DNA of 64,000 nucleotides, taken from NCBI RefSeq assembly GCF_039654945.1, contig NW_027361810.1:8432001-8496000 (forward strand). Reading direction: 5' to 3'. The translations under genes were made by a program, and so were the position numbers. This document shows positions 59,201 through 64,000 of the stretch, piece after piece (the stretch's first letter is position 1; every line of letters begins with the position of its first letter). The notes under the pieces are model-generated. The model ran no database searches. It was not told where the DNA came from and saw only the letters and a program-made list of their open reading frames with translations. Source of the DNA: Dendrobates tinctorius (Eukaryota).

Positions 59201-62200
59201 GTGCCATGATAATATGGCTAGGATGTGCTCAAGTAATAACTAATAATAAATAATTAAATAAAGCCCTAAAATAAGTATCATGTATTATCTATAAAATACT
59301 GCAATATAGTGGTTACATAGTAGTGCCTTACTATAAAACCAAAATATTACTGCTATATAGTGCTCAAATCGTAACACTATAATGATATCTATATAGCAAT
59401 ATGTATAACTAGATAACATCACCATATAGTGCAAATATAATAGTTCCATACACACTGTCATAATACTGTTATATAATGCTCAAATAATAATAGTGCTATA
59501 ATAAATAACGCTCAAACATGGTGGAGGCCCAGGAGTCATTGGATCACATATCCAGATCTTCATTATGTACCAGAGCGCAGCACCTCCAAGGAACAAATCC
59601 CTGAATAATACACTTTAATTTGTTTTTTTTTATCTTTTGCAGATACGAGGATGAAATCAACAAACGGAATCAATTAGAAAATGACTTTGTGCTGACGAAG
59701 AAGGTGCGCGCTTATTAAATTATCAAGTGATAAATCTTAATTGGAGGTGGGGGCGCTATAGCATTGATGTCTATGACAAATATTGGCTCACAGCAATGGG
59801 GAAAAGTGGTACTGCAGGTGACACAGGGGAAAAAATGTATCAAAATTGTAACAAAAATATTTTCCCAAAATGGTGACTATCAAATCATTACCGGTGACTC
59901 TGCTTCACTGTATAAGTGAATTGTACTTAATATTTTAATTTGGATCAGTACATAAATATTAATTCTCAGACTCGGACCTCCCCAACATTAGATCACAAGC
60001 CTTGTGCTTCCCTTAGGTCACCATTGAAATAAGGACTCAGGTTAAAGGTACCGAAACTGAACTTTAGGGTCTTCCCTCTGTTTTAACCCCTCAGGACCTG
60101 GATGACACCTATCTGCATAAAGTGGACAATGAATCCAAGTTGGAAAGTCTGACCGACGAGATTGAGGTTCTGAAGCAGCTGTATAAGGAGGTAACGAGCT
60201 GACTGTGGGGCCCACAGCTGAGGGTTTGTTACAACTGAATCCAGTGTAGACCATACTATGTGAGCTAAACACATCAGCAGCACAACGCTCTCTCCTGTAC
60301 AGGTGGTTTGTTACACTGTATCAGTGCAGGAAATATCTCCGGGCTTTTCCTCTAAATGCAGGAAATTCAGGAGCTGCAGTCTCAGGTTCACAGCGACAAA
60401 GTGACGGTGGAGCTGGACAACAGCCGGGACCTGGAGATGAAGCACATCATGGACGAGGTGCGGGCGCAGTACCAGACCATGGCGGAGAAGAGCCGTCAAG
60501 AGGCCGAGCACTGGTACAAGAGCAAGGTGAGGGGTCCTGGGGATCTTTGGGCACTATAGTGGCCCCTTGTTCTTTACGGTGGTCCCCCCGACTATACAGG
60601 ACCCCTGTTATCTGTCGGCTCATGTTTTGATGACTCCGTCCACAGATTGATGATTTGGTGAACCAGGGTAAGCGGGCGAGTGACGAGCTGAAGGCGCTAA
60701 AGAACGAGATGGCGGATCTCCACCGGATGATACAACGCGTCAACAGCGACAATGACGCCCTAAAGAATCAGGTATGGGGGTCCGGAGTCTGCCCGATCTC
60801 TCAGATCCCCACGGAGCCCCCTCTTCAGTGCTGGACGCAATGTGGCACACAGACAGTGCCAGTGATGGTGCCCGCAACACCCAGCACACGGTGCCCCCAC
60901 AACCGCCTTTACAGGGGCGCCTCCGCATGTTGTGGGTTCTCAGCCCCCTATATACAATCTAGTATATGATAATAGCTGCTGTTAAAGGTGGCAGTGAACC
61001 CCTTTATCTACGTGGTACAGGGACGCACCATATCACTATGCTTTATAGAGCTCGCCAGGGAGCCCCACTGCCCCCAGCTGTGTGTAAAGCCACCATGCTG
61101 CCACCAACAGCCGTGCAGCGGTGTAGATTGATGAAGTCACAGGATCTCCGAGTATCTGGACAGACAGACATGGGCATCCTCTCTACTATCCCCTATAGGC
61201 GGTGGCTCATAATGCACCATAGCTGTATGTTGTGGGACCGCTGCACGAGTCGTCCCTCCCAAAGGTCAAATACATATATAATTACATATTATAAATGAAT
61301 CCCCCGAGAGCTGGAGCTCCTGCCCGAGGCTTCAGATCCATTTTTCAACCCATTTCCCTCATTTTTAGAGGACCAGTCTGGAGAACAACATCACCCACAC
61401 AGAGGAGAATGGGGAACAAGCGATCCAGAACGCCAAGGGCCACGCGCAGGAGCTGGAGGACGCGCTGAGGAGGGCAAAGCAGGATATGGCGCGCAAAGCC
61501 AAGGAATACCAGGACCTGATGAACACAAAGCTGGCGTTGGACATTGAGATCGCAACATACCGGAAACTGCTGGAGGGTGAAGAGACCCGGTGAGTGCAAG
61601 GAAATGCATTTATGGACATTGAGCTGAATTACATCATATACTATACTCCAGAGCTGCACTCACTATTCTGCTGGTGCAGTCACTGTGTACATACATTACA
61701 TTACTGATCCTGAGTTACCTCCTGTATTATACTCCAGAGCTGCACTCACTATTCTGCTGGTGCAGTCACTGTGTACATACATTACATTACTGATCCTGAG
61801 TTACCTCCTGTATTATACCCCAGAGCTGCACTCACTATTCTGCTGGTGCAGTCACTCTGTACATACATTACATTACTGATCCTGAGTTACATCCTGTATT
61901 ATACTCCAGAGCTGCACTCACTATTCTGCTGGTGCAGTCACTGTGTACATACATTACATTACTGATCCTGAGTTACATCCTATATTATACTCCAGAGCTG
62001 CACTCACTATTCTGCTGGTTGTTAATGGAATCAGTCAGTGAGCTTTGTTGTCAGGCTTCCTCCCATCAGTGCAGCTAACCTCCTATCATGCGGGGGGCAC
62101 TTATTTTTCTTTGGCATAACAATGTTGTTTCCATTTAGGTTGAACAATCATCCCTCAAATTCTCAGATCTCTGCCGTGGATAAATTGGGTGAGTTTTCTC

Positions 62201-62805
62201 TGTTTGTTTTTTCCTCGCTGTCTCTGTGCTGCGATTATTTTATGAAGGGTTAGGTTCGTCCACTGATTGTAGACCTCAGTAACAAAAGTAACAGAGATAT
62301 AAAAGATGCAAGTGGTCACCCAGGACCTCATGTATCTAATCCTATCCTGTGATACTGTCTGCTGAGCTGTGTATCTAATCCTATCCTGTGTGATACTGTC
62401 TGCTGAGCTGTGTATCTAATCCTATCCTGTATGATACTGTCTGCTGAGCCGTGTATCTAATCCTATCCTTGCTGTGTGATACTGACTGCTGAGTTGTGTA
62501 TCTAATCCTCTCCTGTGTGATACTGACTGCTGAGTCGTGTATCTAATCCTCTTCTGTGTGATACTGTCTGCTGAGCTGTGTATCTAATCCTATCCTGTGT
62601 GATACCGTCTGCTGAGCCGTGTATCTAATCCTCTCCTGTGTGATACTAATTGTATCTTTCTGCAGCCGGTCTGTTGAATTATGATGGGAAATCTTCTTCT
62701 TTGGCACGAAATTCCCCAAACGCCAAGAAAGTTGTTCTGGTGAAGACGATTGAAACCTCTGACGGCAAACAAGTCTCAGAGGCGAATCACTATTCCAAGG
62801 AATGA
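46941..62805 (+). CDS. Keratin, type II cytoskeletal, K8-like (divergent paralogue); whole-gene span, 9 coding exons, 1356 nt, 451 aa
   Basis: Exons 46941-47228, 58344-58552, 59643-59703, 60095-60190, 60362-60526, 60646-60771, 61369-61589, 62139-62188, 62666-62805. Sizes 209/61/96/165/126/221 fit the KRT8 layout. Motifs [36 protein letters not shown], tail [16 protein letters not shown]. Confidence 0.94.
47710..49628 (+). mobile_element. CR1 LINE, 5'-truncated, degenerate ORF2
   Basis: [41 protein letters not shown]; CR1 3' end GGTCCCTTCCAAC...(ATTCTATG)n. Confidence 0.93.
50668..52060. repeat. 40-bp minisatellite, ~34 copies (K8-like intron 1)
   Basis: Unit CCACCACTAGAGGGAGCTCACTACATACAGATTTATACAG. 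Confidence 0.96.
52201..52863. mobile_element. Solo LTR (663 bp)
   Basis: TGTCA...TGACA termini with a perfect 5-bp TSD GGATG (52196-52200, 52864-52868); no internal coding region. Confidence 0.8.
52894..53211. mobile_element. Harbinger-type MITE
   Basis: GGGTATGTTTCCA...TGGGAACATACCC; flanks CAA/TAA. Confidence 0.6.
54374..54703. mobile_element. hAT-type MITE (330 bp)
   Basis: CAGAGCCGGACTGG...CCAGTCCGTACCTG; perfect 8-bp TSD ATCACGTG. Confidence 0.82.
55200..55950 (-). mobile_element. L1-clade LINE ORF2 C-terminal remnant
   Basis: Minus-strand [33 protein letters not shown] is a CCHC zinc-knuckle; many stops and frameshifts. Confidence 0.75.
56746..57649 (-). mobile_element. Internally deleted and rearranged Tc1/mariner-superfamily element
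   Basis: TA TSD. ~50-bp TIRs CAGGGTGGGCCATTT...GGAATGGTTG. Transposase remnants [21 protein letters not shown] (minus) and DRRTEFAEW...IMFSDEADF (plus). Confidence 0.8.
57052..57330. mobile_element. Harbinger-type MITE nested in the mariner remnant
   Basis: GGGTCTGTGCACACGCTGCGGATT...AATCCGCAGCGTGTGTACGTACCT; TAA/TTA flanks. Confidence 0.72.
58344..58552 (+). CDS. K8-like exon 2 (209 nt)
   Basis: [21 protein letters not shown]...[17 protein letters not shown](R). Confidence 0.95.
58570..59510. repeat. Old, degenerate AT-rich tandem repeat (K8-like intron 2)
   Basis: Recurrent ATAGTGCTCAAATAATAA / AATACTGCTATAT units; resembles the reverse complement of 43100-44010. Confidence 0.55.
59643..59703 (+). 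CDS. K8-like exon 3 (61 nt)
   Basis: [20 protein letters not shown]. Confidence 0.95.
60095..60190 (+). CDS. K8-like exon 4 (96 nt)
   Basis: [32 protein letters not shown]. Confidence 0.95.
60362..60526 (+). CDS. K8-like exon 5 (165 nt)
   Basis: [55 protein letters not shown]. Confidence 0.95.
60646..60771 (+). CDS. K8-like exon 6 (126 nt)
   Basis: [42 protein letters not shown]. Confidence 0.95.
61369..61589 (+). CDS. K8-like exon 7 (221 nt)
   Basis: RTSLENNI...[38 protein letters not shown](R). Confidence 0.96.
61620..62018. repeat. 86-bp tandem repeat, ~4.5 copies (K8-like intron 7)
   Basis: CTCCAGAGCTGCACTCACTATTCTGCTGGTGCAGTCACTGTGTACATACATTACATTACTGATCCTGAGTTACCTCCTGTATTATA. Confidence 0.93.
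62139..62188 (+). CDS. K8-like exon 8 (50 nt)
   Basis: catttag|[18 protein letters not shown]|gtgagt; phase 2 to phase 1. Confidence 0.85.
62331..62648. repeat. ~41-bp tandem repeat, ~8 copies (K8-like intron 8)
   Basis: TGTATCTAATCCTATCCTGTGTGATACTGTCTGCTGAGCTG; degraded relative at ~47610-47710. Confidence 0.92.
62666..62805 (+). CDS. K8-like exon 9 (tail, 140 nt to stop)
   Basis: (A)[45 protein letters not shown]. Confidence 0.9.
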
Positions 62806-62920
62806 GCTGTGCATAGCAGAGCCGACTGTGCGGACACCCCATCACTGTGCCCTGCAGCCCCACCTGCTCACACCTGCCACTGCTGGTATCTGTCACTGCT
62901 GATATCCCCCTCACTGTCCT

Positions 62921-62926
62921 AATAAA
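62921..62926 (+). terminator. Polyadenylation signal of the K8-like gene
   Basis: AATAAA ~115 nt after TGA. Confidence 0.65.
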
Positions 62927-63736
62927 GTGTGATGAAGCAGAGCTGGCCTTGCGTCTGGCACCTTCACTCTATGCAGCCACACCAATCACAACTCCTGCAG
63001 GAAAATGCAACTTTTGTTCCAGCAGCTTTTTAACGTATCACAGAAATAAAAGCAGTAGAACTCAGGAATACCGGGTGCCAAAACTAATGCACTGCAGGAT
63101 GCAGCAGCCCCAGGATAAAGGTCCAGATGACGCAGGTGCAGAATACTGATGAGAAACCACCCTAACACCTGTCATCCACTCACACTCCCATCATCGATGA
63201 GCAGGGCTGCCATTAGGAATTTTGGGGCCCCATACTGGCAAAATTTTCGGGACCCCCCTTGAGACGCTGCCCAGGCTCCACCCCCTCGAATTGTTCAGTC
63301 CCACCGCTCTCTCTTGGAAAAACTTCACTTTTCAACAATCACACATTAACAGTTCCCATCACCAGATCACACATATAGCCGGCAGCTCTTGTTTTGGCCA
63401 AAAGATTTTTTAAATCTGCCACCACGACAAGGTAGACACTTTTGGCTGGGCCCTACTCTACTCTAACCTATTAAACATTTGTTAAAATATCCAATACAAT
63501 TTAGGTATATTTTTTATTTTTCAATTTTTAAAATGACCAATAATATCACATCCAAAGGGACAAATACCTCCGCACCATGACCAGACACCATATTACTACT
63601 ACATGGTGACCAATAATACCACATACAAAGAACAAATACAGCCACACCATGTTCAGACCATATGTTACCACTACATGGTATCTGAATACTACAATACTGA
63701 TCATTAATAAAAAAACACAATACTATCACCATAAGC

Positions 63737-64000
63737 GGCATTATACACAGGAGATCTGTACTTAGTATATAGTGTCAGTGTACAGGTAATACAGTGATCA
63801 CCAGTGACATTATACACAGGAGATCTGTATTTTGTGTCAGTGTACAGGTAATACAGTGATCACCGGTGACATTATACACAGGAGCTCTGTATATAGTGTC
63901 AGTTTACAGATTATACAGTGATCACCAATGACATTATACACAGGAGCTCTGTATATAGTGTCAGTGTACAGGTAATACAGTGATCACCAATGACATTATA
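63737..64000. repeat. 62-bp tandem repeat running off the window end
   Basis: GACATTATA anchor at 63806, 63868, 63930 and 63992. Confidence 0.88.

Noticed and set aside
24265-62805. Keratins as processed pseudogenes, or as thread keratins/ouroboros proteins
   Set aside because: Both genes have full intron sets at conserved positions and open frames. Short heads and tails with K8/K18-specific tail motifs fit K8/K18-like better than thread keratins. A phylogeny is still needed, so no gene symbol is assigned.

Overview
Vertebrate genomic DNA. The repeat landscape resembles a neobatrachian frog (inference). It holds three intact multi-exon genes, reconstructed by hand from splice sites and reading frame. 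(1) ARPC2 (Arp2/3 complex 34-kDa subunit): + strand, 10 coding exons, 4794-22828, 300 aa. (2) A divergent keratin-18-like type I keratin: - strand, 8 coding exons, 45052-24265, 415 aa, with one GC-AG intron and a 26-nt tail micro-exon. (3) A divergent keratin-8-like type II keratin: + strand, 9 coding exons, 46941-62805, 451 aa). The two keratins sit head-to-head about 1.9 kb apart. They look like a self-contained K8/K18-type heterodimer module outside the canonical keratin clusters and next to ARPC2, where I know of no mammalian keratin. This is the main finding. The introns are packed with mobile DNA: an apparently intact DD35D pogo (Passer-like) transposon inside a 35-bp satellite, PIF/Harbinger MITEs (one a near-perfect 498-bp palindrome), hAT and piggyBac-like non-autonomous elements, L2, CR1 and L1 fragments, a V-SINE, a solo LTR, a mariner remnant and many minisatellites. 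Comparisons to human proteins use recalled sequences, not a database search.
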